A stretch of 64,000 nt of DNA from Ptychomitrium polyphyllum. Lineage: Eukaryota. Of the stretch, positions 41,015 through 54,372 are shown piece by piece. Made by a program: the position numbers and the translations under genes. Every line of letters starts with the position of its first letter. Position 1 is the first letter of the stretch. The DNA is taken from assembly GCA_973851085.1 (NCBI GenBank), contig OZ316776.1, positions 2,666,001-2,730,000 of the forward strand, in the 5' to 3' direction. Below the pieces are notes generated by a model, which saw only the letters and a program-made list of their open reading frames with translations, did no database searches and had not been told where the DNA came from.

Positions 41015-43903
41015 ATGTCCAGCAATAACAACGTACTCACAAGTTTCGGGAGCTCGGCCAGCAAGCCTTCTATGCTGGAGAGTTGGGACTCCCAATACAA
41101 TATTCTAGGAAGCTCTCTTCAGAACCAAATTGTTGGATCCCTGCACCTGGTCAGTGGCCTCACGGGCTGCTCTCTGGGTGCAAGCTCCAACGTGAAACAT
41201 CACGAGTTGATGTCTGCTACAAGTAAACTTAATTATGCCAAGGGAACAGACACCGAGCAGCAAGCACCAGCGTCAAGTCCTCTGTTTAGGGATTCCCTGA
41301 ACTCGGGAAGAGCAGGAAGGTGGAGACGAGACGGGCCACATGAGGGAGAGAGATCTCAGAGCCATAAATGCTCTGACATTGACATGGAACTTCGGCAGAA
41401 CACTGCAGTAGAGGCAGCTGCGTTCTTGCTAGATGGGCAATGGGACTCCGAACCTAATTCGGTGTCCGTTGCGGAGATCTGGGTGCCTGCGAAACGGGCT
41501 AAAACTCAACATAATTATGAATTGGCGAACCTCCTTCAAGGGCCGCTCGTTGTCACAGGGTGTACGAATATCGAAACTGTGAAAGATGTTAGGGTGAACT
41601 ATATTGAAGGAGATGATTTTGCCAACTCCGAAGGAGTGCAAAGCTACCATAATCAAGTCCTTGCTGGAAGTGAAAAATGGCCAGGGAAATTATTCGGAGG
41701 AGAGTTGCATGAGCTGCACATGCTAGAGATTCAGCAGAACAACAGAAAACGCCAATTAGGGCTGGACAATAGTTGTGATGAAACCATTCTCTCCGGCCAC
41801 TTCGGAAGTGGGTTCGAGGGTCTGGGATGTGAGGATCAGCAGCTGACAGCGAGGGAGGCGTATGAGGAGTTCCAGCATGACAACCATGATGAGGTTTTCC
41901 CCAACAAACGTCTAGTGAAGCGCTCTTCCAAGGGGGGCCCACGCCGGCCCAACATCATTAAAGGGCAATGGACAATTGAAGAAGACAGGTATGCTCAGCT
42001 GCTGTTAAGAGGCGCATGTGAACAATACAGCTGATTACATATCTTTGGATATCTTTACATGTCTTGGCAGACTATACACTTTAAATTGAAGCTCTGCTTT
42101 TTCTGATAATTACAGGTGGTTAAGCCGGTTACATGTGTTTAGATATCTTCACATGCCATGTCTTCGCAGATCATACACACTAAACTGAAATCCTGCTTTT
42201 TTTTTTCCCTGATAATTGTGAGGTTAGATACCTGACGGAGTTGGTGAAGAAGCATGGGCAACAACGCTGGACAGTCATTGCCGATTATCTGCATGGCCGA
42301 ATTGGCAAGCAGTGCCGCGAGCGCTGGCACAACCACCTCCGTCCGGACATCAAGGTTAACGTGCTCATCCAACTCTCCTTATATCTAACTGTTGTTCAAG
42401 ATGATTGCGTTTATTAAGAAGCGAAGATTATGCGAGGGTCGTTAATTGAACTCATTCTCTGGATTAATTGCAGCGAGACGGCTGGAGCACCGAAGAAGAG
42501 GGAGCTCTTGTCATGGCCCATAACGAACTCGGCAACCGGTGGGCTGACATAGCCAAGCTCATTCCCGGCCGCACTGAAAACGCAATCAAGAATCATTGGA
42601 ATGCCACCATGCGACGCAAAGATCTACGACGAAAGCACAGGAAGCCAGGAGATGGCTCCGCAGAGGGTCCCGAGGTTGTACAGCGTTGCACCATCCTCCG
42701 TGACTACCAACAGAAAGTCGTAGCTCAGTCTTGCAAACTCGCCACCTTCCCTAAACTCGATCGTGACAACAATGCACCGCAGACTCAGGCTTCCACAAAA
42801 CTCAGCAAGGTAATGTCTACTCTAACAATACCAAACTCTCTCATGTTTCTAGTTTTCTAGGGCTGTGGATTTTACTTGTATACAACTTTAACTCAGATAT
42901 TGCAATTCCCATGTTTGGAAATTAGCAACCACCTGTAAGCTTCTACATTGACATGTTTCTTGTTTCAAGAAATACACGCGGCTTCTTTCATCGTCCTAAA
43001 GAGTTTCTCTGTTTCTTTCCATCCAAATAGAGTTTTGAAGAAACGGGATCTGGAGAGGGGAAGCAGGCTCTGCATGCAATGTGCACAAGAAGCGAAGGGA
43101 AAGATGGAGAGTTCACAACTCTGGACTATGCCACTGCACCACAAAGGAGCCTACCACTACAACCTGCCAGCTATGGCTCTACTTTCTCACAACCCAGCTT
43201 GTCGGCTGCCTGGAGACCCTGCGGAGGAAAAGAAAACGGTGGATACTCCAGGCCTCCGGCACCACTAGCGGAATTCACAGACAAGGCTGACGATCAGTTT
43301 TACGAAGCTTCAGCTGGCGCATGGCGTGCAAGGAGTGACGATGGTACCTGGAGTCGTAAGGGCGCATCTGTAGATCATATCTTGCAACAACCACTCGCCC
43401 ACTCCACTCACATCCCATCTGTTCAAGCTCAGCTTCTTCAGAACAATTTCCACTCTCGAACCATGCAACACCAGCAGCTCCCCATTGCCCCAACGCACAC
43501 CACAGGAATTACCGGCGCCGTCCTTGACCCCACGTCCCTTCCACCGCTCGAATGCAGGTACCATCCAGCCGAATCCAACCCCTTGGCTGTGAGTTACTTT
43601 CCACCGGTGAACTCCTTTCAAAACCCCAGCTACTTTGGAAACTCTTGTAGCAATATCAACGTCACCGAGGTGCAAGTCCATCATCAGCATGAGCAGCCTG
43701 TGGTGCAAGCGCGCCAGCCTGCAGGCATTCAAGCAGACCATAGCAGTAGCATGGTCATGACAAGCTTTGGCTACCTTTTGCACGAGTCTTGGCGTCCCAA
43801 CCAAGTCGAGCTACCCATGGCAGCTCGGCGGCACAACGGCACCCTTCGTGTGCACGCAGCGGCTGCTGGTGAGCTGGACCTTCTGGAGCTTGTGGCCAGT
43901 TAA
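41015..43903 (+). CDS. R2R3-MYB transcription factor of MYB98/MYB64/MYB119 (FGMYB-like) type, ~769 aa, 4 coding exons
   Basis: Exons 41015-41988, 42228-42354, 42474-42809, 43031-43903 are in phase. R2: [54 protein letters not shown]3: [48 protein letters not shown]. There is a long N-terminus before the MYB domain and a C-terminal [10 protein letters not shown] motif. The start codon could be further upstream. Confidence 0.9.
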
Positions 43904-44999
43904 ACGCTGGGACCGGAGTCTGCTAGAGGATTGACATTTAACTTTCATCTTTCAGGGTTCCGCATTTTGAGAATTACACCTACTTTTGTCATATTGTTGT
44001 TGGGATTATGAACTTCATTTCAGGGTGATTAGAGCCTGTGTTTGCAGGGCCTAGGAAACGGATGCTGCTTCACAGGCATGAGTTGCAACCATGCTGGAAT
44101 GACTCTCATACAGCTCAAGGGCATCAAGTCCTGGAAGAGATGGTTTTCTTCCTTAGGATTCCTAGAGGCTTTAGAAGCCACAGTAGGCATGCTCTCAATG
44201 ACTAAAATCGGAGAATCGTTATTGTGTGAGCTAAATTGAGAAGCGCCGCTTCAGAAACGTATGAATGAGTACAACGTAGTTTCTGAAGAAGCGTAACTCA
44301 GTTAGGGGTTTATTATGCCATCGTGGTACGTTGCTATCTCACATTCGGTAGAGAATGACTAGAAAAGCTCTTTAAGGGTTGGGCCGTGGCAAGCAGTGGC
44401 ATCTTGTTGCTTGCAGAAACCGTGCAAGGGAGCAGCCAAATACGCTTTGATTACCAAGCCTTTGCATATTTCCAATCTCGTGACAAGCTTTTGTGTGCAT
44501 CACTCTGCACGGACTGTCAAAGCTGTGGTTGTGAAGTAGTCTTATGAATGAAAATAACCACCCGCTTGAGGAGTGCAGTCATCACAAGAGAATCATTTCA
44601 ATTATACAGCTATCGGTTAAGTTCGGCAAAGTTCGAGGTTGAGAACAATTTGTCCGCACCGGAGTTCTTATGATGTGTAAAGCCTCATTAGAGTTCACTT
44701 TGTTCGTTTCCTACATCTTAACACAAATCCTTAGTATCTGCTGTAACCGTAGCGTCGTTCTGGGACCTCAAACTTTGCTTACAGTGTACTAGAAGAAGCC
44801 CAAGAGCTCAGCACTTCCACACGAATTTGCGCATACACGAGCCACTTGAGAAAGTTAAACTTGTCAGAACCTTGTTGTGCGATGGATGGATGGATGGATG
44901 GACTCACAGTATCAACCAGCTCCTACAACGCTAACTGAGTCGGTATTCCCTGACCCCGCACATAATGGGAGCGTAACGGAGAGGACGGAGACTAGTGAC

Positions 45000-45860
45000 A
45001 TTTGCAGGACTGTTGGTGTGGAGTCGGATTGCAGCATGGCTGCCGAGGAAGTGACAAGCAACGTGCAAGTGTTCCAGGCTCTGCAGTTGCATCACACGTG
45101 GGATGGATCCTTGGAAACATTTGGTTATAATTTGGGAATACATGGAAGTTATTGTTCACTAGAGGTGGGGCAGAAGTTTGGACGGCGAGCAGGCGGAGCT
45201 CTACCTTGCTAGAGTCTAGCGGTGGAATCTAAAGCAGAATGAGATGGACCTTAGACGTGGAAATGAGTTGGTACTTGTGTTCAAGAAGGGCACTTTGTTG
45301 TGCCATTTTCCATCTCAGTTGCTCAATGCATATGAGCAGCTCCTTACAGAGGAATGGAAAATTGGGTGTCTGCTGCTACTGACGTCTTTTACTAGGTATT
45401 ATTGTGGTGTTCAACATAGCACATTGTTGAAGAATGAAAGGTTTGCATTTTTGATGATTAGGGAATATGCCAGTTTATGTCATTTAATTGAATACAAAAT
45501 CTCAAAAAATAGTTAAAATGAATCATATACAAAGTTGCACTTGAGATGGATTGGTTGATTGGTTGGTACATTGTTCATTGAGACCTTAAGTTATCTAAAT
45601 GTGCTTTATAAAGGTTATAGAAGAAGAAGCAATGTGTGATTTGTAGTAGATTTTGCATACTCAAGAGGGATCATATAAGAGATTGTTCAAAGGTTCTTGT
45701 AATATTGCAAGCCATCAAAGATATGAAAAACATGAATTGTTTTCAAAATTTGATGTCTTTGTTTTTGGAATGACTTATTGTGAGATCTCAACAAAAGAGC
45801 TTTCATTTGAAGGCTTGTTAAGAGATTCCAACAAAAGAACTTCCATTTGAAGACCATTTA
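45000..45860 (+). pseudogene. Decayed protein-kinase pseudogene (TKL/Raf-like appearance)
   Basis: Subdomain remnants occur in order: frameshifted Gly-loop QKF/DGEQAELYLARV* (~45170-45220), LVLVFKKG, catalytic loop IVH*DLK at 45570-45590 (HRDLK Arg codon now TGA), and subdomain IX SKFDVFVFGMTYCEISTKELSFEG (~45743-45814). Confidence 0.75.
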
Positions 45861-46891
45861 TTCAAGTCTAGAGTTTTATCATTCAATGGACAATATCGGA
45901 ATTGCTTCATTGTGTTGATAATCGAATATGTGAGCTAATAAGTAGGTATTAGCATCACAATTCTAAAAAGAAAATTTCATTTAAAAAACATTTTTATTTA
46001 TTCAAAAGCTAAATAAGTAATAAAATGTAACATCTCAAGGAATTGAATGTATTTTATTGATGTTTTTTGGAATAAATCATTATATAATGTCTAACCTACA
46101 CAAATCTTCTATTAAAAAGTGTGATAAGTTCTTAATAGCTTTTCATATGTTAGTATCTGAAGATAAAACTCAACTAAAATATTTTTTAGTTTTTGGAACT
46201 AATATGAATGAATTATGAAATAGCACTACTATCAACTAGGACATAACAATCTTACACATCTATTGGTCAAGAACTGAAAGGTTGGTAAAGGGATGGATTT
46301 GGATTCTCTTATACCGTAATCATTTGGGATAAATAGTACGTGTTGGACAATCCACCATGTTAAAATCTGTACCTGGCCTAGACTGTATAACAAGGAATTC
46401 AGAAGAAAACATAGTTTCAATCTTCAGTATCAAGTAGGAACTTGGTATACATGTTGGTGTGCTTAATGATGCTGATGGGAACTATTAAACTTCAAATTTA
46501 ATGATCCGTAACACCTTACAACTCAGCTGGTCCTTGCAGGCTCTTTTCATGCAATACATACCACATTGATATCGTGAGAAAGGAACATAATTTACACTTC
46601 AAAACATACAGTAAAAAATCGTTAAAGTGCTCAGGAATAACTTCAGAAACCTTCAGAAATCCCTGGCGCCAACACAACTATCTGTAGAATTGCTCAAACC
46701 CCCTGTGAAGGGTCTAAGTATCAGCCTCTTCAAAATCGTCGGCTCTATTAAACTGAATCTGCTATTGGACTCTTGATTGAGACTTAATATCAAAGAGAAA
46801 CGGATGTTTCATGCTGAGATTGTCTCATCAGACCCTGATATATAAGCTCCTTTTTCAAATTTGAAACGAAATACTAAATACAACCCAGCTT

Positions 46892-49800
46892 CTAATCACT
46901 AATAAAATTACATTGCTGCAGCCAAGGGTGGTCATATTTGATGTATTTCGACCAATAGGGCTTGAACTTCGAGATGCCGATATCCAACCACGGTTTCATG
47001 TTGCCGTTGTAATGCACCACTGCAGCAGCTTCGATTGCTTTGACGTCAGTGTCTGGGTTGTATCCCAGCCCCAGTACATGCCATGACTTCGGAAGTGGTT
47101 GTGTCAGATTGTAGAACGTTATCAACCCCGGTGGCAGAGTCCCCAGCTTCCACAACGTCCGATTCGCGTTCTGCAAAACAATATGTAATATTCACTATTC
47201 ACTCACATAAATGAGGTATGTTGCCATTGAGCCTTCTGAAAAGCTAGAAAAGACTAATCATTTGGTCACTTCGAATATCAGAGAGAACATATCTAACTCA
47301 AACGGTCAGATACAGACAGAAAAATATCCACATAAGTCGTTCCAAGGAGAACATTTGAGTTAGATATGTTCTCTCTGACGATCTGGTCATATCTGACTCA
47401 AACGCTCAAACATAAACGAGATCAAAGCAACTCAAATAGAAATTCGAAGTTTTCAGAATAGAAATGTAAAGGTGATGTAATACACAAATACAACCAAAAC
47501 ACTGATAAGATGTGAAGCTACACCAAAAATGCAAGTTGGCAAAACGAAAGCAAACGAGGGTATTACCAGATTCTGCCATTTATGGTAAATGCCGGTGATA
47601 TCTCGTTTTTTCCACTCCTTCAAATCAAATATATTCATCCCATAGGCCCAGCCACAGTCACGTGGACTAAAATTTCTTCGAATATGAGGATTTGAAAAAT
47701 TCAAGTATCTATCAAACCGGTGAAAGGTTTTCCCACAAGTTTCAACTGCGCCGTTCACTTTGCCTTTAAGGTCCACCGCCCAAAGGGGAGTGAGGTCCTT
47801 CATAACCACAATATCGTCATCCAGGAAAAGAATCTTGTCCAAAGTGGGAAACATTTCTGGTAAATAGAACCGTAAGTGATTAAGTATTGACAAATACTTT
47901 GGGTTTCGATACTTCAAGTTGGCAGAGACCCTCTCCTTGTCATACTTAAAGAAATAGGCCTTCATGGACTCGGTTTCCAGCTGCTTCAACACCGGGGAAT
48001 ACGAAGAATTTAACCACTGGAAGGTATCCACATTCTGGACTTGAATGGTCGCAGTCCCCGGAGGATTACCACGGAACCACGTTACCAAAGCCCCATAACT
48101 GAGAGAGTCGGTAACTACGTGAAACACGTGCTTTTCTGGTTCCTGGTACAAGCACACGGGTCATTTCAGAAAGTGGATTCCATAGCTCATAACAATATCA
48201 AGCAGGTGAGCCGTCACATCCGACAGCTGATGACTTAGGTAGTGTCACTGATGCTATACTTTGTGGTCAGAGATTTTTAGATGGTTCGTAATTTCGGTCC
48301 TCACAGCCTGGCACCTACTATTTTTTCCCTCCTCAACAAACAAGCTTGATTTGTGGGAAAGAAGATATTCACAATTTTTAATACCATTTTTAAAGGTTGG
48401 ATAGAAGAGGTGCTTATAAATTTTATGTCAGACACTAGTAAGCCACACGAAGAGGACCGTTTAAAACTACAAAGTATTTACAAGGAAAACCAAATGACGG
48501 GGTCATAGTTACCTTGGCATTTACAACTGTCGAGTTAACGACCACAGAAACTGCCAGGACGTTGTCAGAAAAGATGGCGTAGTGAAATAAAGAGTTATTT
48601 TCCAGCTCTGGAGTCGCTGGAAAATCACGTTCCTGAGGGGAAAGAGCGTTGTAGCTTACAGTCAGTCGCATGGATAGACAATGAAGTCCCTTAGGTACAG
48701 TCTTGGCAGCCAACTGGCTCAAGAAATTGCTCTGTTTTTTATGGCTGCGGAGCTGATTCTCAGATGCTTCCAACATGGCCTTCAGCCTCTTGACCAGGGC
48801 TTTGTCATCGTATCGAAGATCTCTTGCTTTTGACAAAAGACGTGCCATCGCCTTCATCTTGTCTTCAGAACTGCACAAATAGGTTCAGAGCTTCATCAAA
48901 GCGAGATATTGCGAACAGAAGATTTGGAACATAAACGAAATATAGTGCAGAAAAATCACTAATTAGCATGAGTAGAATATTAATTAAATAAAGGTGTATG
49001 GTAGCTCCCTATTCGGCTTTAGCATATATCTTCTTGAAGAAACTTGGGTGACAAGTCCAATACCCCAACAAAATCAAGAAATTGATATATATCACTAACT
49101 GGAAAACTGTGTGTAGTGAATTCTCACCCTCTTGGCAGATCAGAGTCATGAGTCACATCCTCCAGGGCTTTCATATTCTCCTTAAGTCGATATTTTAGGT
49201 CTCGAACAAGGCGTGAATCACGAGCAATTCCATCCATGATTGAAAACGCATGGGCCATCAGGAGCTGATCCCGCATGATGCGTACATTGTGGTCTGACTG
49301 TGCAGGCTGAAGCCCCCGTTTCCATCCAGAGTCTACTGCTGCTGCCTTTCCAAATGCTTCAGACTCCAACTTCTTGAACTCCACAGCCTCCTGCTGATAA
49401 GTTCCTGTAAATGTTGATTTATTAAATTGATTGCCGATAAACATGTGATAATAATTGGCAAAAGATGACAGGGTAAGGGAGAAAGGGAGATAAAAGAATA
49501 GCCGAAAAAAAATGGAAGTTAATATTGCATCCGGGTGCTTACGTGAGGGGTCTTCAAGAGCAATTTGTCCTTCAGCATCTTGAACACATATATCATTATC
49601 CTCACAATTTTGGCCCTCAGACTGAATCTTGCTCGGATCCGACAATAGGACAACCTTATCCTCGTCACTTATGGAGACATTAACCCCAAGACCAGCTCCT
49701 TTCTCCTTTTTCCCTTGAAGAAGAGGTATCCCTCCGATGTCAAAATGCACCTTCTCTTTTTCAAAATGAACGTCTCCTATTTGCATCATAGCAATGCGTC

Positions 49801-50300
49801 TCCTCCTTTCCTCCACCTGAAACTGTCATAAGTAAATTATTCAGCTGAAACAATAAGAAAGTAATCAAACAAAGCAGTGCTCAACCATGTCTGAAGTAAG
49901 GGCATGACAAGATAATATGAAGAAACAGAGATATACTTCATCTGATGAGCCATCCAGCGAGTTAGGTTGACCTGGAAGGCATTGCAACCAAACGTATTAT
50001 CAGGGGAAAAAATGACAACCCCAAAACTCGCTAAGAGATGTTTCACCAAAAGAGAGCAACTCAAAGGGATGATATCCTCAAAACTTAAATGGCTACAAGG
50101 TGCAACAAACACAATGAAGAGCAGCAGGGATGATTACCAATTAAAAACTTCCCAGCGCGCTTCGTGAGAAAATAAGAAGGTCCAACAACAGAAATCAATA
50201 TGATGATAGCCCAAACTACCACATGAATACGCCAGTTTCGGCTCGTGACTCGCAGTGAGGGTCCAGATACCACTGCTCTTCTCGCTTGTACTGACGCCAT
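46892..50300 (-). CDS. GAUT: Galacturonosyltransferase (GT8, GAUT1-like type II membrane protein), ~653 aa, 7 exons
   Basis: Exons 50300-50138, 49971-49937, 49816-49543, 49404-49128, 48870-48513, 48142-47567, 47170-46892 are in phase. Features: N-terminal TM helix, LAAKTVPKGLHCLSMRLT, HYAIFSDNVLAVSVVVNST, KYRNPKYLSILNHLRFYLPE, LFLDDDIVV (DxD), LWKLGTLPPGLITFY and HYNGNMKPW. Confidence 0.96.
47278..47378. repeat. Perfect 25-bp inverted repeat (hairpin) in last GAUT intron
   Basis: TCAGAGAGAACATATCTAACTCAAA at 47278-47302 is the exact reverse complement of 47354-47378; spacer is 51 nt. Confidence 0.92.
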
Positions 50301-53300
50301 GATTCACTACGTTTGCAAATTTGCACCACTACAACCTCATGACTGAATATCACCAATGCCAGGCCTTTCTTATCCAAGATACGCATGCTGGCACACAATA
50401 CAACTCTCCAGAAACTCTCATTAAGCTTGCTTTGCAATTCAACGCTGCGAGCTCTGCACCCTAATCCTGAAAAACATCGGAAAATCAAACCTGGAAACAG
50501 GCATTCGATTGAAGAGCGGAGGAATACAGGATTGACGTGCAGCTTCAAGTAGGATACCCTGAACCACGCTACACCCCTAAATCGCCAGAGTTTCCTTCAC
50601 CTCTCTCGGAAATTATCGCCAACTGATGAAGAAGTAGAGTCGGTGAGTTTCTTATGCGGTATTGTTCATAGCCTCTCACCTAAATCTGAAACTCACTAAA
50701 CAAATTTGGCTTCATAACGTCACTATCGTTTGCGCATCGCTCTTCAACGTGCGACAGGCCATGGAAGCCCCCTATAAACCCTGAAACCATCAGAAGTGCA
50801 AACACATAAGCGCTTGTACACTTCCGCAATATGCTTAAAGCATAACTACGCTCATCAAATTCAACTCTCTCTCACCGCTGACATGAATTAATACCCAACC
50901 AAAAAACCACGGAAACTCCAACACAAAGAGACCAACTCAGAAAAAAAGAGACCGGACTTTCGTATCACTCAGCTTCAATTGATATCTCCTAAACCCAACC
51001 TCTTCACCATCACCCAAGGAGCTGCATCGAAACTGACGTCAACTCACATAAACCGGATCTCTCACTCCATGTGCAACAAGCACAACCTCGCTCCAAACCT
51101 CTCAAAGTGGTCCCCAACTCACCATCGCTGAGCTTCTAGCACCCACATGTCACATGCCACTTGCCTCCCTCAGCGACGCTGCAAGCTGCCAGTCTACAGC
51201 AGTTGCCACAGTGGATCCCGTCAAGCTAGGTCTCGGCCTCCTAGTGCACTCACAACCGAGTCCACAAAAGCTCCGTGCGAGATATTCCTCAATAAAAGCG
51301 TTGCCGATATTCCGGCGCCTGGAAGGTGGGCTGCTCTGACACCAGGTAACACCGAAATTCATCAGTGGCTTCGCAGTAACCCATCGCTTGCAGAACAGTA
51401 GGCTTGTCTGCGCATAATTCGGCCACTGCTGTGCATGTTGATTGTAGTACTAAGTACAACGACGTGACAGGCCGGCCTAGTGCCTGAATTTAACCCAGTT
51501 TCCAAAGTCTGGAATTTCTGTATTCCACAGTTCCAAGGCGTCATTCATGATGTTTGAATTCTCAAACCTTGGTCTTGGGTGTCACGTCTGCACGGCGACT
51601 AGCTGTGGGCCTGTTCACACGAGGAGTTTCGTTGCAGGTCCCTGGGAGGGCCAACTTGAAGGTCGGCATGGGTGGCTACAGCTAGGCTAACATATGGGAG
51701 ATCACTTGTTTGACTTTGACTCTTCGTTTGCGGGATCTGTTTGAAGGATTCTGGGCTGGGTTTCAGGATTTCAGCACCAGGGCCAATGGAGGGATAGAAG
51801 ATAAGCCACTTCCTTGAAAACCGATTTGTTGCACATCCTTGACCCACCTCTGAAGATTTTCTCCTCTACTGCTATCGTCCGTTCCTTTCTCGATGTATCA
51901 ATTGAAAGTATTACCTTGTAACTAACCATAGTTTTGAATTCACTGCACAGTGTTGGCAGAATCTTGGGTGTAAAGTTTGAGTGCGTGGAAAATGCCACAT
52001 GCTTGCCTCCATTCGCTTGGATAGTGGATGGTGTAGGTGACATGTTCAAAACCCTTCTTAGACGAGCTCGTTGCCTTGAAATCCCTTGCCGAAACCTGCA
52101 AATTCCTCCATTCTGCACAACCTTCGACATCGTAGGAATTATTCTGAAGACACAACTCTCTCTTCATATGGCGCTTGCAGGTGCCACCAGCACCAAGGTT
52201 GTTTCCTTCATGGAGAGTCCTTTATTCCTTTGGATCTTCATGGCCCTAATCCACCTATCGATATCTTTGAAGAACTTTTGTTTCTAAATTTTAAACAAGA
52301 ATTCTAAGGTTTCATCTACTTAAGGCTAAGTCACAAGGACTTATCCAAATATCTTATTGCTCACATTATTCCATAAGGTCCCCCTTTAAGCCATAAATTT
52401 CACATCTTTCTCATCTTTTATCACACATTAGGTTACAAACTCCCTCTTAGGTGCTTATTGATTTACTACATGGTAATTCTTCTTTAATTTAGACTAATGA
52501 GATATCTCTTTGCACCTTGCTTTATAATAATAAGATTACTACAAAATTTATTAAGACTTTTTTTAATGTAATCTAATATACTCATAAAAATATTGTTTAC
52601 ATAGTCATAAAATATATTTTCGGATCTTTTAATACCTCCTATCTTTACTTCATCCTTTCAATGTAAGGAATTACTTTGTGTACACTATCAAATCTTGCTT
52701 GGAAATGTATAAATACTAATATCATACATAATCAATGATAAGATTTTTTTTTAGAAGTTTTACTATTGCAACATTTTCAATTTTATATTTTCTTCATTCT
52801 TTTTCTTTTCTTTCTATTTTCCATTTTAGGAACTAAGAAGATGGAATTTTTGTTTTTTGTTTTTTTTCAATTCGACCTTTTCATCATCATTTTAAAATAA
52901 AAATTCCAATAGATCTTAATATCATTTCCTACTTGTCTCTTTTCCGATTGACGTTTATTTCTTTGCTATTTTTTTCTCTTGTTTAAAAAGACAATATTTG
53001 CTTAGTTGAAGTGGCTAATTAGATTGTTGATTTGATTGTGAAGTCTAGCCTTATTTTTTTTACCAAGAGCTTGTATTAGTTAATTAAATCATTTTTATGT
53101 TTACAATATTATTTTTGCACCCATGTGCCCTCATCAAGTATTTAAACTTTATAAATAATTTTATATTATTCTCTATAATAACCATATTTGTATTTCCATT
53201 AATCTCTTTGATTTATCCAATGGTCTTATTCCATGTATTAAAGTTGCTTTAAAGGTATTCTTTTTGCATATACTCACTTGGAACTTTGTCATAATTAAGC

Positions 53301-53814
53301 TTCAACATTGAAACATAGAAGATGGAATGAATTAGGAGAGATAGTGGGATGTCTAAGTAATATACATTATGGTGTTAAGGAGTCAAATACAAATTGATTG
53401 CTTAAGTCAATAACTCTTCTTACATCCAAGTGGATTAATAACTGGAGGCCATTAAGATTAAACCAATTGCATAACTTTTGAAACAATGTACAATTTTTAT
53501 TCGTTATCTCCTTTATGCAAGTTATTGAACTTCTTTTGTATATTCTTTTGCTAATAGATTTTTCTTATATCAAATTCAAGTTTTTTTTTTAAAACTAATT
53601 TGAAAATAAATCAAAATTTAGTTTAGATTTAAGAATTAGCTTTGAAGATTTTTAAGTGTACAATAGTAAAAATCATTGATTTGAATTGTGAAGTGTTGCT
53701 TAGTGAAGATATCAAGTAATACAATAATCAACCTATGAATAAATATTTTTTAAAAGTATATTCTCACATTTAATAATGGACATTTTTTTTATTACAAAGG
53801 TCTTGTGCATTTAT

Positions 53815-54210
53815 TATTACAGACAAAAATCAAACAATATAATCTTTAAAATCTTCTAGAACCTTTCATACATTGTAGTAGCTTCTTAGAATACTTTCAA
53901 TGCTTCCATAACCATTCCACCCCCTTGAAATCTTCTTGAGAAGGTTCCATAGACTTCTAAAACATTCTTAAGCTTCAGAGGAAGTTTGTTTAAAAGTATC
54001 ATAAGAATTATAAGCATTATAATATAAATAGGAGGCAAGATAAGGTATACCTTAGTTTTTCCAATACAAGTTGTAGATCCTATTTTATTGTGCCTTTGTT
54101 TTAATGTTTGTACAAATTCTTGTTAATTATTAGCTCTTTGGAAGCTAATTCTTAAGAACCACTTTAAGTGTGCTTTTTGTTATTTTGTATTTTTAATATT
54201 TATAATGAAA
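53815..54210 (+). mobile_element. Degenerate LTR copy (same family as 62702-63127) inside AT-rich transposon block ~52300-55700
   Basis: Aligns by eye to the reverse complement of 62702-63127 (shared AGAACCTTT..ATACAT.GTAGTAGCTTCTTA, AAGGTTCCATAGACTTCTAAAACATTCTTAAGCTT, CCAATACAAGTTGT, GAAGCTAATTCTTA). Internal TATAAATA near 54023; termini eroded. Confidence 0.75.
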
Positions 54211-54270
54211 TCCAATAGGCATTAGGTATCATGGACATATATAGAAGAAGCTTTTAGAAAGGTTCTTAGA

Positions 54271-54372
54271 AAGGCCAAGGAAATTATTTTGGCTAAGGAA
54301 GCTTCTAAAGAAGTTATTTTGATTAAAGAAGCTTCCAAAGAAGTTACTTTAGCTAAGGAAGCTTCCAAAGAA
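54271..54372. repeat. 30-bp tandem repeat, ~3.4 copies
   Basis: Unit ~GCTTCCAAAGAAGTTATTTTGGCTAAGGAA; on + strand reads KEIILAKEAS-KEVILIKEAS-KEVTLAKEAS-KE. Confidence 0.85.

Noticed and set aside
51599..52307. Cluster of 70-120 aa ORFs upstream of GAUT
   Set aside because: No recognisable domain and frames broken by stops; possibly a TE or pseudogene fragment.
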